Below, piece after piece: positions 10,046-18,963 of a DNA stretch of 64,000 nt. The notes beneath the pieces are model-generated. The model ran no database searches. It was given only the letters and a program-made list of their open reading frames with translations, and had not been told where the DNA came from. The DNA is from Planctomycetota bacterium (lineage in GTDB: Bacteria; Planctomycetota; SZUA-567; H5-PLA8), in contig JBBRPR010000002.1 of NCBI GenBank assembly GCA_038227875.1, forward strand, positions 224,001 to 288,000, in the 5' to 3' direction. The position numbers and the translations under genes were made by a program. Every line of letters begins with the position of its first letter. Position 1 is the first letter of the stretch.

Positions 10046-11578
10046 CTACGGCGTTTCCGCCACTTTTTCCGGCGGCGGCAGACGCCGCGCTTTTTCCAGC
10101 AGGCGTTCGGCCATGCGCGGGCGCTTGCCGGCTTCGGCCATCGAAACGGCGGCCTGCGTCACGCCCAGGCGGCGCGCGAGTTCGGCCTGCTGCAATCCCA
10201 GTTCACGGCGGACGTGGCGGAGCAGTTCAGCGGCGCCGGGCGGATTGCCGCCCGATTCCATGCCGGGAAGCTGCGGCGGTGGCCGCAGCGCCTTGGGCGT
10301 CTGGCGCGCGAGTTCGTTGAGCTCCGATTGCACGAACTCCGCGGCGTGGCTGGCGCTGCCGAGAATTTCGCGCAGAAATTCCGGCGGCGCGACCTGCCAC
10401 ATTTCTTCGAGCGGCTCCGGCGGCGCGCTGGGCGCTCCGGCCTTCAATTCCAGGTGCGCGCGCTGCACGCGGCGGTTGGCGCCTTTGCCCTGCGCGGGAA
10501 GCTCGCCGGATTCCTTCGCTCCAGTCAGGGGCGCGGCGCGGTAGCGGTAACGCTCGGTTTCGAAGCTGCTGATGTAACCCTGTTCGACCATGTGGCGCAG
10601 CGAATTTTCGATGCGCTCCAGATGTTCGTAGCTCGTGTATTCGTCTTCCGTCAATCCCGCCATGCGCAGGAACGACCGCGCGCTGAGCTGCAGTGGCTTG
10701 CCGCCGTTGAGGCGGAATTTGATCGGCAGATGGACGCCCAGCGTCAGCGTCAGGCCGTGGGTGCGCGCGTTTTCGCGGGAGAGTTTTTTGAGCTGCAGCG
10801 TGTACAGGTATTTCGTGCGCCGCGATCCGGCGGCGGCGGCGTTGAACAGATGCGGGTTGAAGCGGAGAAAGATTTTCTCGTTGGTGGTGATCCGCTCCTT
10901 CAGGCGCTGGCCGTCGGCGACGGATTCTTCCCACGATTCGGCGGAGGCTTCGTCCTGGAGCAGCTTCACTTTCAGCGTTGCACCGCGGCGCGCACCGAAG
11001 CGGCGTTCCTGGACGATGGTCAGCGAGCAGAGCAGCGTCACGATCTCGCGCGCTTCCTTCAAGTGCTTGGCGGTGTGATAACCTTTGCCGAGCACGCGGT
11101 TGGCGCGCGAGTAGCCGAGGATGTCGAGATGCCGGTTGGCATCAAAAATGAAGCCGCCGGGCTGGCCGCCGGCGACGCTGGCCTGTTCTTCGGCGGCAAT
11201 CAGCACGCCGAGCAGATGCTTCAATCCCGCGGGGCCGAACTGCCGCTTGATCAGCATGCTGAGCTCGCCTTCGTTCCAGAGCGGGTCGTCGTCGAACAGG
11301 CTGACGCTCGTCCGCGCTTCGCTCTGCCGTCCGGAATAGACGATGTACGTGCGGATGCGTGCGGAGCGGACGTTGCCGTCGGCGTCGGGGCGGTCCTGCT
11401 GATCGGAGAGCACCGCGGCGAGATCGGCGCGGCGCGCGAGGCCGGAGAAGACGGGCATCAGGCCGAGGAATAGTGTGGTTGAAGGCAGTCGAAACGTTCC
11501 CGATTCCCCGGCGCCAGCCGCAGGAGTAGTCTCAGCCCGGTCGGACGGGCCAGCCAGAAAGGTTTCGCCCTCATTCAT
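10046..11578 (-). CDS. Hypothetical protein with C-terminal XRE/Cro HTH; N-terminal part resembles winged-helix replication initiators
   Basis: LRHVRRELGLQQAELARRLGVTQAAVSMAEAG is a clear HTH_3; the Rep-like call is by-eye inference only. Confidence 0.65.
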   Translation of the reverse strand: MNEGETFLAGPSDRAETTPAAGAGESGTFRLPSTTLFLGLMPVFSGLARRADLAAVLSDQQDRPDADGNVRSARIRTYIVYSGRQSEARTSVSLFDDDPLWNEGELSMLIKRQFGPAGLKHLLGVLIAAEEQASVAGGQPGGFIFDANRHLDILGYSRANRVLGKGYHTAKHLKEAREIVTLLCSLTIVQERRFGARRGATLKVKLLQDEASAESWEESVADGQRLKERITTNEKIFLRFNPHLFNAAAAGSRRTKYLYTLQLKKLSRENARTHGLTLTLGVHLPIKFRLNGGKPLQLSARSFLRMAGLTEDEYTSYEHLERIENSLRHMVEQGYISSFETERYRYRAAPLTGAKESGELPAQGKGANRRVQRAHLELKAGAPSAPPEPLEEMWQVAPPEFLREILGSASHAAEFVQSELNELARQTPKALRPPPQLPGMESGGNPPGAAELLRHVRRELGLQQAELARRLGVTQAAVSMAEAGKRPRMAERLLEKARRLPPPEKVAETP

Positions 11579-11621
11579 GAATTTCGTATGTTAGTGCGAA
11601 TTTGCAGGAAAGGAAAGGGGG

Positions 11622-11730
11622 GGAATGACGAATGTCGACTAGCGAGTCAGGAAGCGCGAATGTTGAAACGAATGAACGTCGAATGTCGAGCGATGAAACT
11701 CGACATTCGACATTCATCATTCGACATTCA
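11622..11730. repeat. Inverted heptamer repeats (GAATGTC / GACATTC)
   Basis: GAATGACGAATGTCGA...GTCGAATGTCGAG followed by CTCGACATTCGACATTCATCATTCGACATTC. Confidence 0.8.
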
Positions 11731-12291
11731 ATTGATTCGGCCGAGGAACTCGCCGTCTTCGGTGCGGATCTTGACCTTGTCGCCCTTTTTGATGTGGCCG
11801 GGGACTTTGACTTCCGCTCCGGTTTCGACGGTGGCGAGCTTGAAGACGCTCGTGGCCGTGTCGCCGCGCGCCGCGTCGGGCGTGTCGGTGACGGTCAGTT
11901 CGACGAACTGCGGCATTTCGATGCTCAGCGCCCGTTCCTTGTGCGTCAGGACGTTCAAGCGCGCATTGGGGACGAGGAACTTGATCGCTTCGCCGACGAG
12001 ATCCTTGGAGAGATTGATCTGGTCGTAGGTTTCCGGGTTCATCAGCACCAGCATGCCGCCGTCGGTATAGAGGTACTCGTATTCCTGGCGGATGAGCATC
12101 GCCTGCTCGACGTTGTCTTCCGGCGAGAAGCGCTGATTGTAGACGTTGCCGCGTTCGAGATTCTTGAGCAGCACCTGGTAATAGCTGCGCAGATTGCCGC
12201 GGGTCTGCAGGTCCTTTTTGAAGACGATCCAAATTTCGTTGTTGAAGATGATCGCTTCGCCCTGCTTGATTTCATTGAACTTGACTGGCAT
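11728..12291 (-). CDS. efp: Elongation factor P
   Basis: QEYEYLY.DG, MNPETYDQI, RGDTAT...KLATVETG..VKVP.HI..GD.VKI.T.DGEFLGR. Confidence 0.93.
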   Translation of the reverse strand: MPVKFNEIKQGEAIIFNNEIWIVFKKDLQTRGNLRSYYQVLLKNLERGNVYNQRFSPEDNVEQAMLIRQEYEYLYTDGGMLVLMNPETYDQINLSKDLVGEAIKFLVPNARLNVLTHKERALSIEMPQFVELTVTDTPDAARGDTATSVFKLATVETGAEVKVPGHIKKGDKVKIRTEDGEFLGRIN

Positions 12292-12421
12292 GACCTGCTC
12301 CTTCCATCCCACTACGAAAAAACGACCCGCGCACACGCGCGGGGGTCGGGGAATCAACTCGGGTGGAAAAGTATACACGAGGCCACTTTGCACGGCAAGG
12401 AGCGCCGCGCGCCGCGGGGCG

Positions 12422-12526
12422 GCGAGGGGTCAGGGGCCAGGGGCCAGGGGTCAGAGATGGGAATGGACGCGTGCGGGAGTTTGCGGTTCGCGCGGTGGGG
12501 CGAGTAGGCAGAAGGCAGTGGGTAGG
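12422..12526 (+). repeat. Composite repeat (AGGGGYC)n + GCGAGTAGGCAGAA, left copy
   Basis: GCGAGGGGTCAGGGGCCAGGGGCCAGGGGTCAGAG...GCGAGTAGGCAGAAGGCAGTGGGTAGG. Confidence 0.85.
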
Positions 12527-12571
12527 TGGCACAAGACTTGGCGATTACGTTCAGAAGGGTAGGATGAGGGG

Positions 12572-12814
12572 ATGAATGTTTCGGTGAAACTGTTTGGGGC
12601 GGAGGCGAAGGCGGCGGGCTTGCGCGAAGTATCTGTGGAGATTGGCGAGACCACGTGCCTGGCGTTGCGTGATGAACTGGCGCGGAAAATTCCGGCGCTC
12701 GCGCCGCTGCTGGAGAAATGCCGCTTTGCGGTGAATCATGAATTTGTGGAATTGGATCGGACGCTGGTGGCCTCGGATGAGATCGCGTTGATCGGGATGG
12801 TTTCGGGCGGATGA
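12572..12814 (+). CDS. moaD: Molybdopterin synthase sulfur carrier (MoaD/ThiS family)
   Basis: 80 aa, FAVNHEFV, C-terminal VSGG. Confidence 0.9.
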   Translation: MNVSVKLFGAEAKAAGLREVSVEIGETTCLALRDELARKIPALAPLLEKCRFAVNHEFVELDRTLVASDEIALIGMVSGG

Positions 12815-13278
12815 GCGTCACGGTAAAAATCAGCGATGGGCCGTTGCCGGCATCGGCCGAACCGTGGAGTTTCCCCGGCGCGGGCGCGGTGCTCTGTTTC
12901 GACGGCATCGTGCGGCCCAGCGAAGACGGCCGTCCGATCGTGGGGCTCGATTACGAAGCCTACGAACCGATGGCCACGCGGATGCTCACGCAAATCGCGC
13001 AGGAACTGTTCGAGCGGCATGCGCTGCTGGCGATTCGCGTCGAGCACAGCCGCGGACACGTGGGGAATGGTGAAGTCTCGTATCGCCTGCGGATCGCGAG
13101 CAAACACCGCAAGGAAGGCATCGCGGCGCTGGATGAGTTCACGGACCGGTTGAAGAAGGACGTGCCGATCTGGAAGACCGCGCGCGCGCCTCTGAGTGGC
13201 GAGGGGTCAGGCGCGGCGGGCCGCGAGGGGTCAGGGGTCAGGGGCCAGGGGTCAGAGTTGGGCGATCGCAGGGAGTAG
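12811..13278 (+). CDS. moaE: Molybdopterin synthase catalytic subunit
   Basis: GAVLCFDGIVR, LDYEAYEPMA, HRKE, LKKDVPIWK; ATGA overlap with moaD. Confidence 0.92.
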   Translation: MSVTVKISDGPLPASAEPWSFPGAGAVLCFDGIVRPSEDGRPIVGLDYEAYEPMATRMLTQIAQELFERHALLAIRVEHSRGHVGNGEVSYRLRIASKHRKEGIAALDEFTDRLKKDVPIWKTARAPLSGEGSGAAGREGSGVRGQGSELGDRRE

Positions 13279-13281
13279 GCG
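13198..13281 (+). repeat. Composite (AGGGGYC)n repeat inside the moaE 3' end
   Basis: GGCGAGGGGTCAGG...GCGAGGGGTCAGGGGTCAGGGGCCAGGGGTCAGAG...GAGTAGGC. Confidence 0.8.
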
Positions 13282-13437
13282 CGCGTGGAATTCGCGCGGT
13301 GGAGAGTATGCGGATGGCAGTGGCGGACAACTGCAGGTCCTGAGAGTTGGGCTGATCGCGCTGTTTCTGCAACGTGCGCGCTTGCGAATCAGGATATTCA
13401 ATGCCTCACGAACCTTCGATGTCGGTCCGCGAGTTCG

Positions 13438-13543
13438 CACTGGTGGCTAAACAGCCAGCCACCAGTGGCACACAACTGCGGCCTCAATTGCAAACGCAGA
13501 GTCATTCCCGCACCCGTCTCAACAGCGAGACGTGTGGCACCCG
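13438..13543. repeat. Two REP-like hairpins, each followed by GCAC(A/C)C
   Basis: CACTGGTGGCT-N8-AGCCACCAGTG-GCACAC (13438-13473) and CACCCGTCTC-N6-GAGACGTGTG-GCACCCG (13511-13543). Confidence 0.65.
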
Positions 13544-13590
13544 GCGTGGGATTTGGCGCAAGCTGATGGCGAACTGTTCCTGACTACTGA

Positions 13591-13698
13591 TTCTGCCTAC
13601 TCGCTGCGAAAATTCCTTACGCAGCTCCGTGCCCGTATCCACCCCTGACCCCTGACCCCTGACCCCTGACCCCTGACCCCTGACCCCTGACCCCTCGC
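13591..13698 (-). repeat. Composite repeat, right (inverted) copy containing (CCCCTGA)7
   Basis: TTCTGCCTACTCGC (13591-13604) and a perfect CCCCTGA tandem array ending in CCCCTCGC. Confidence 0.9.
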
Positions 13699-13710
13699 GC
13701 GTCAGCGCGC

Positions 13711-16230
13711 TTACTGGCGGAAGACGTAGATGCGGTAGAGCGCGAGGATGTCGTCGCGGGTGTTGGTGAATTCGATGGCGATGGATTTGATTGACATGCC
13801 TGAAATGAATTTTCCACCTGGCGAGACTTCGACTTTCTTCAGGCGGCCCGGCGGAAGAGTGACGGGGAGTTCCTTCCATTTGTCGTCTTTGTCCTGAAAT
13901 TTCACCACGGCATCGCATTCCGTCGTGGCGCTGTATTCCAGGACGATGCGGCCATTGGGGCCGGGGCTGAGGAGGTTGTCGGGGGCTTCGAAGCTGAGCG
14001 TTTTCGAGTCGGTCTGGCCGTCGACCCAGGGCAATTTACCGGTGAAGAATTTAATCGTGCGTGGCGACCACTTGACGCGAGGGTCGGTGCCCGCGGAATT
14101 AAAGAGCAGCAGTGCGCCGGCGGGCATCGGCGGGAGTTCGTTGGGGCCGATGAGCTGCTTTTTGAATTCCTGCTTCAACGTCTGTTCGCCATTCTGGATC
14201 GCCCGGTCAAGACCATCAAGGCGCGGGCACCAGGTTGCGTTGTACGTGTCCTTTTCGGCGACTTCGCGTTCGAGTTCATCCAGCCGCGACTTGGCGCGCG
14301 GGTAGTTGCGCTGCTGCGTCAGCGTCTCGACTTGCGTCGCGCCTTCGTTCAACGCGGCTTGAACGGCGGGGACCACCGGCGGGTTGACGACGGCGGGGAT
14401 CACGGGCGGCGGAGGAACCGGCACGACTGGCGTCACGGGTGGCGGCGGCGTGGGAACGACCGGCGTGACCGGGAGTTTCGTGTCGACCACCGGAGATGTG
14501 GAATTGCCCGTGGTCGTGGCGGTGTGGGTTGAATCATTGGAAGCGGCATCGGATTTTTTGCCGCTGAACGCAAAATAGAGGACCACCGAGCCGAGCACAA
14601 TGGCCGCGGCGATGGCGCCACCGATGACCTGGTAATTGAGTCCCGCGGACTTGGCCGGAATGGCGGCTGCATTTTCTGAGCTCTCACTGGCCGGCGCGGC
14701 TGCCGCCGCAACCGTGGGCGCAGTTTCCGTCTCCGACGGCGGCACCGGCTGGGATTCCTTGGAGACCGGACGCCTGCGTGACTGCGGCGATAGATTCACG
14801 TCGTCGACGACCGGTTCGCGTTCCTGAGCGACAGGGCCCTGGCCCGATTTCCGCGTTGAGACGCGTGCGCTTTCATTGGGCGCGACGGGATCTCGTTTGC
14901 CGGTGGAGCGGCCTTCGCGCTCGGCGACCGGTTCGCGCTTGCCGGTCTGTCGGCCTTCGCGCTCCGCGACCGGTTCTCGCTTACCCGTCTGCCGGCCCTC
15001 GCGCTCTGCGACGGGTTCCCGTTTTCCTGTCTGGCGGCCCTCGCGTTCCGCGACCGGCTCGCGCTTGCCCGTCGCGCGTTTGCTCGGAGCACTCGCTTCG
15101 CGCTCGTCGCCGACGGGTTTGTATTTTCCAGTGCCGACGCGCAGCGAACGCATGCCGATCGACGAATGAATCGGATCGAGCGCGGGACTGGAAGGCGCTT
15201 TGCCCGCGGCGACGTGCTCGAGGTCTTCGACCAGCTCCGCGCAGTTCAGATAGCGGTCGTCGGCCTTCTTGGCCATCATGCGCGTGATCACTTCGATCAA
15301 GCCCTGCGGACAATCGGGGCGCAGGTCCGCGGGGTTGGCGAGTTGATCGTTGAGATGCTTGGTCATGATCACCACGGACGTCGGGCCGTCGAATGGCGTG
15401 CGGCCCGTGATCAGGTGATAGAGAGTGGCGCCGAGCGAATAGATGTCCGTTCGGCCGTCGATGGCCTGATCGCCGCGCGCCTGTTCGGGCGAAATGTAAT
15501 GTGGCGTGCCAACGGTGACGCCCGCCTGCGTGTTGAACGACGAATCGGCTTCGCCGATTGTTTTCGAGAGACCCATGTCGAGAATCTTGATCAAGCCGTC
15601 GCTGGTGGCGACGAGATTGCCGGGCTTGATGTCGCGGTGGATGGTGTTGTGTTCGTGTGCGTACTGCAGGCCGCGCGCGACCTGGATGGTGATCTGGATC
15701 GCGTCGTAAATGTCGAGCTGTTTCTCGCGGCGGAGGCGTTTGTCAAGCGGCTCGCCGTCGCAGTATTCCATCACGTAATACTGGTAGCCCTTATTTTCGC
15801 CGACGTTGAAACCGGCGACGATGTTGGGGTGGTTGAGGCGGCCGAGCGCTTGCGCTTCGCGGCGGAAGCGGCCGAGGAATTCCGGGTTCGTGGAGAACTT
15901 GCGGCTGAGCACCTTCAGCGCGACCTTGCGGTAGGCGACGGTGTCTTCGGCCAGGTAGACGGAACCCATGCCGCCTTCGCCGAGCTTCTTGATCAGCTTG
16001 TAATTGTCGAGCTGCTGGATGCCGGACGATTGGGCTTTGAGTTTTTTCTCGACTGTCTCGCGCTGAGCGGTGGTGATGATGCCTTCGCGGACCATCACTT
16101 CGGAAATGGTGGAGGCGGTGCCGGTCTGCGAACCTTCGTTCAAACGCTTACGGGCGGCTGCGATTTGCGCGTCCGTCGCCATGCCGGTCTGGAGCACGTA
16201 TTTGACAAATGTTTCGTCGCTATTCGCCAT
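13711..16230 (-). CDS. Membrane-anchored Hanks-type Ser/Thr protein kinase
   Basis: LGEGGMGSVY, VALK, HRDIKPGN, DMG, GTPHYISPEQ, DIYSLG; TM segment and Pro/Val-rich linker; ATG 16230 chosen as start. Confidence 0.93.
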   Translation of the reverse strand: MANSDETFVKYVLQTGMATDAQIAAARKRLNEGSQTGTASTISEVMVREGIITTAQRETVEKKLKAQSSGIQQLDNYKLIKKLGEGGMGSVYLAEDTVAYRKVALKVLSRKFSTNPEFLGRFRREAQALGRLNHPNIVAGFNVGENKGYQYYVMEYCDGEPLDKRLRREKQLDIYDAIQITIQVARGLQYAHEHNTIHRDIKPGNLVATSDGLIKILDMGLSKTIGEADSSFNTQAGVTVGTPHYISPEQARGDQAIDGRTDIYSLGATLYHLITGRTPFDGPTSVVIMTKHLNDQLANPADLRPDCPQGLIEVITRMMAKKADDRYLNCAELVEDLEHVAAGKAPSSPALDPIHSSIGMRSLRVGTGKYKPVGDEREASAPSKRATGKREPVAEREGRQTGKREPVAEREGRQTGKREPVAEREGRQTGKREPVAEREGRSTGKRDPVAPNESARVSTRKSGQGPVAQEREPVVDDVNLSPQSRRRPVSKESQPVPPSETETAPTVAAAAAPASESSENAAAIPAKSAGLNYQVIGGAIAAAIVLGSVVLYFAFSGKKSDAASNDSTHTATTTGNSTSPVVDTKLPVTPVVPTPPPPVTPVVPVPPPPVIPAVVNPPVVPAVQAALNEGATQVETLTQQRNYPRAKSRLDELEREVAEKDTYNATWCPRLDGLDRAIQNGEQTLKQEFKKQLIGPNELPPMPAGALLLFNSAGTDPRVKWSPRTIKFFTGKLPWVDGQTDSKTLSFEAPDNLLSPGPNGRIVLEYSATTECDAVVKFQDKDDKWKELPVTLPPGRLKKVEVSPGGKFISGMSIKSIAIEFTNTRDDILALYRIYVFRQ
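14881..15072 (-). repeat. Intragenic 42-nt / 14-aa tandem repeat (TGKREPVAEREGRQ) x about 4.5
   Basis: Seen in the kinase translation and in the DNA. Confidence 0.92.
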
Positions 16231-16451
16231 GCGTAACGTGACACCCACCCGATCGCCAGCGCTAATACTGCCTGAAAGATCGATCTCGTGCAAGGCGGAT
16301 GACTTAGAGACGACAGCTTTTCCCTGCGCGAGGTGCGTTCCACGCTTAAATACACCGCAGACTTTCACAGAAGCTATTGTTTTGAAAGAAGTTAGGCACG
16401 TGTGCGCAAGAATTTCCGAGTGTTGTTGTACCTCTTATACACAATTCAATA

Positions 16452-16967
16452 TTAACGCGGAGCGCGTTTGCGAATGGCTTTGGCGGGCACTCCGGCATAC
16501 ACGGTTCCGGGTGGAACGTCTTTGGTGACGACCGCTCCGGCGCCGATCGTGGCGCCTTCGCCGATCGTTACACCGCACAAAATCGCAACATTCGATCCGA
16601 TCGCGGCGCGTTTGCAGATGTGCGTGGGTTCGCATTTCCAGTCGCCGGGCTTGACGGGGCTGCCATCGGGAAGCACGGCGGCGGGATAGCGGTCGTTGAT
16701 GAACGTGACGCCATGTCCGATGAAACATTCGTCGTCGATCGTCACGGCTTCGCAGATAAACGTGTGGCTTTGAATTTTACAGCGCTTGCCGATTACCGCG
16801 CCTTTTTGAATTTCGACGAAGGCGCCGACCTTCGTTCCATCGCCGATGCTGCAGCCGTAGAGATTGACAAACGAAAAGATGCCGACGTTTTCACCGAGCA
16901 CCACGTCGGGTGCGATGCGGATGAAATTTTCGCGGTCGTAATTCGCATCGCGTTTTGGATGAGCCAC
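16452..16967 (-). CDS. Hexapeptide-repeat (left-handed beta-helix) acyltransferase, WbpD-like
   Basis: IGKRCKIQSHTFICE.VTI.DECFIGHGVTFIND, IGAGAVVTKDVP...AGVPA. Confidence 0.88.
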   Translation of the reverse strand: MAHPKRDANYDRENFIRIAPDVVLGENVGIFSFVNLYGCSIGDGTKVGAFVEIQKGAVIGKRCKIQSHTFICEAVTIDDECFIGHGVTFINDRYPAAVLPDGSPVKPGDWKCEPTHICKRAAIGSNVAILCGVTIGEGATIGAGAVVTKDVPPGTVYAGVPAKAIRKRAPR

Positions 16968-17065
16968 GTGAATCGCTACTCCCCTAAATATGCCCAGGCA
17001 TGAAATGCTGCTTCCTGCCCGCTTAAGTGTCGTCAGACGAAGTGAAAGGTTACCACCGGGTGAAG

Positions 17066-17830
17066 TCAGCGCTTCCGCACGACATCATCGGCGGCATAAT
17101 CGTAATGGCCGGCTTGAGCATAAAAGCCAAAGAGTCGCTTTTGTTCCTCGGTCAATCCGGCGATCACATCCGGCGAGAGGCTCTTGGTGTAATCCCACTG
17201 CGGCCGCACCCACGGACGGCTGTAGAAGGCATGAATGGCGCGGCGCGGTTTGCTGGTTTTGTTGGCGCTGCCGGCATGCCAGAGTCCGCCATTGTACGCG
17301 ATGAGACTGCCGGCGGGCGCTTCGAGATAAATAGCTTCCTTCTCGATGGCGTCGCGGTCCATCTTGCCCTTGATCCACATGCGATCCTGGCTGCGCGGCA
17401 CGATTCGGGTGCAGCCGTTTTCGCGGGTGAAGTCATCGAGGCAATGCAACGCGTTGATGTAGAGCACCGAGCCGGGAATCGTTTCGTTCTGATCGATGTG
17501 GAGATCCTGCTTCACGCCACCGGGTGTCATCGTCAGACCATTGAGGCTCGCCAGAACGCAGTTCTCGCCCAGCAGCATTTGCATCAAGGGCAGCACGCGG
17601 GGATTTAAAGCAAACGAACGGAACCAGGCGTGCTTCTGAGGCAGCAGGTAGGCCACTTTGTAGGTGGTGTTGTGCCAGCCGCGCTCCGGGCCAATTTCCT
17701 TTTCGCGTTCGAAGATTTCTTCCAGCGCGGCGTTGGTGGTGTCGAGCTGCGTGCGATCGAGCGCATCCGGGAGGATCGTGTATCCCTGGGTGCGCAACTC
17801 GTCTGCATGGACTTCCAGCGTTCGGGCCAT
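17066..17830 (-). CDS. PhyH family Fe(II)/2OG dioxygenase
   Basis: LHID, LDDFTRENG.T, PAGS.......LWH. Confidence 0.88.
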   Translation of the reverse strand: MARTLEVHADELRTQGYTILPDALDRTQLDTTNAALEEIFEREKEIGPERGWHNTTYKVAYLLPQKHAWFRSFALNPRVLPLMQMLLGENCVLASLNGLTMTPGGVKQDLHIDQNETIPGSVLYINALHCLDDFTRENGCTRIVPRSQDRMWIKGKMDRDAIEKEAIYLEAPAGSLIAYNGGLWHAGSANKTSKPRRAIHAFYSRPWVRPQWDYTKSLSPDVIAGLTEEQKRLFGFYAQAGHYDYAADDVVRKR

Positions 17831-17835
17831 TTTCT

Positions 17836-18963
17836 TTACGCCATGGCGGGAGATTTGACATGTGCCACGCCGGCCGGCGCCGTGGCCGTGGATTGATTAC
17901 GGACCAGTGAGACAGGCATGAACTTGCGTTCGGCCTTGGTCACTTTTCCGGTCATCAATTCCAGGAACTGACGGGCGGCAACGCGGCCGGTTTCGGCATA
18001 GTCGACGAACGTGGAGGTGATGAAGCGGCCGGGTTCGAATTCCAGATTGTAGTTGCCGAATCCGCCCGTGACGCTGATGTCCTCGGGAATACGATAGCCG
18101 AGCTTTTTCAATTCCTGAATGAACGAGAGCGCCGAACCATCCGTGTTGGTCACGAAGGCCGTGGGCGCTGGGCGGCGGCCGAGGACGCGCAGCAGCATTT
18201 CCTGGATCGCCTCCGGCGAGCGGCGGCCGTATTCCTGAATATCCAGCGAGAGCCCGGCATCCTGCATCGCGACGCAGTAACCTTTCAGGCGTTCGTCTTC
18301 GATCAGCGTCAACGAACTGTTGTTGTGAACCTTGCTGACCATCAACGGGCGCAGGAAGGTGATGTGTTTGTGGCCCTGCTCGATCAGGAGCTTGGTGGTC
18401 TGGAAGGTGCCGAAGACGTTGTCGAAGACCACCGACGAGACGCCGTGGCGGTAGCAGTCGTGGTCGATGGAGAGCAGCGGCAGGCGCATTTCCAGCAGTT
18501 CAAAGATCACGCGGTCGGCGTCGACTTCGAACAGAACCAAACCGCCGAGCTTGAGTTTGGAGAGCTCGGTCTCCAGCGCCAGGCGGTCGAGCTGGATCAG
18601 CGAACAGGGAATCAGCGTGAACCCGGCGGTCTGCAGTTCGGTCGTGAGTGTATCGAGAATGGGTTTGGGGTAGGGCATGCCTTGCAGGTATTCCGGAGGT
18701 CCGGAGTGGAGCAGCCCAATGCGGTGTCCGCCACTGCCGGGCTTGAAGGCCTGCGACTTGATGAACAGGCCAGTGCCGCGCTTGGCTTCGATCATGCCTT
18801 CGGCGCTGAGCGCATGAATCGCCTTCTGCACGGTCTTGGTGCTGACGTTGAAGCTCTTGGCCAGCGACCGGATGGTGGGTAGCGTTGTTCCGGGCTCGTA
18901 CTGGCCATCCAGAATACGCTGGCGAAGTTGTCGTTTGATCTGCTGACTTGGGGACAGTTGCAT
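17836..18963 (-). CDS. GntR wHTH fused to a LacI-type ligand-binding domain (AraR-like architecture)
   Basis: LPTIRSLAKSFNVS.KTV, GTGLF; LIEQGHKHI, ERLKGY, PTAF, RIPEDISV. Confidence 0.88.
   Translation of the reverse strand: MQLSPSQQIKRQLRQRILDGQYEPGTTLPTIRSLAKSFNVSTKTVQKAIHALSAEGMIEAKRGTGLFIKSQAFKPGSGGHRIGLLHSGPPEYLQGMPYPKPILDTLTTELQTAGFTLIPCSLIQLDRLALETELSKLKLGGLVLFEVDADRVIFELLEMRLPLLSIDHDCYRHGVSSVVFDNVFGTFQTTKLLIEQGHKHITFLRPLMVSKVHNNSSLTLIEDERLKGYCVAMQDAGLSLDIQEYGRRSPEAIQEMLLRVLGRRPAPTAFVTNTDGSALSFIQELKKLGYRIPEDISVTGGFGNYNLEFEPGRFITSTFVDYAETGRVAARQFLELMTGKVTKAERKFMPVSLVRNQSTATAPAGVAHVKSPAMA

Noticed and set aside
13502..13918. ORFs encoding GVRGQGS repeats
   Set aside because: They are translations of the non-coding (CCCCTGA)n array
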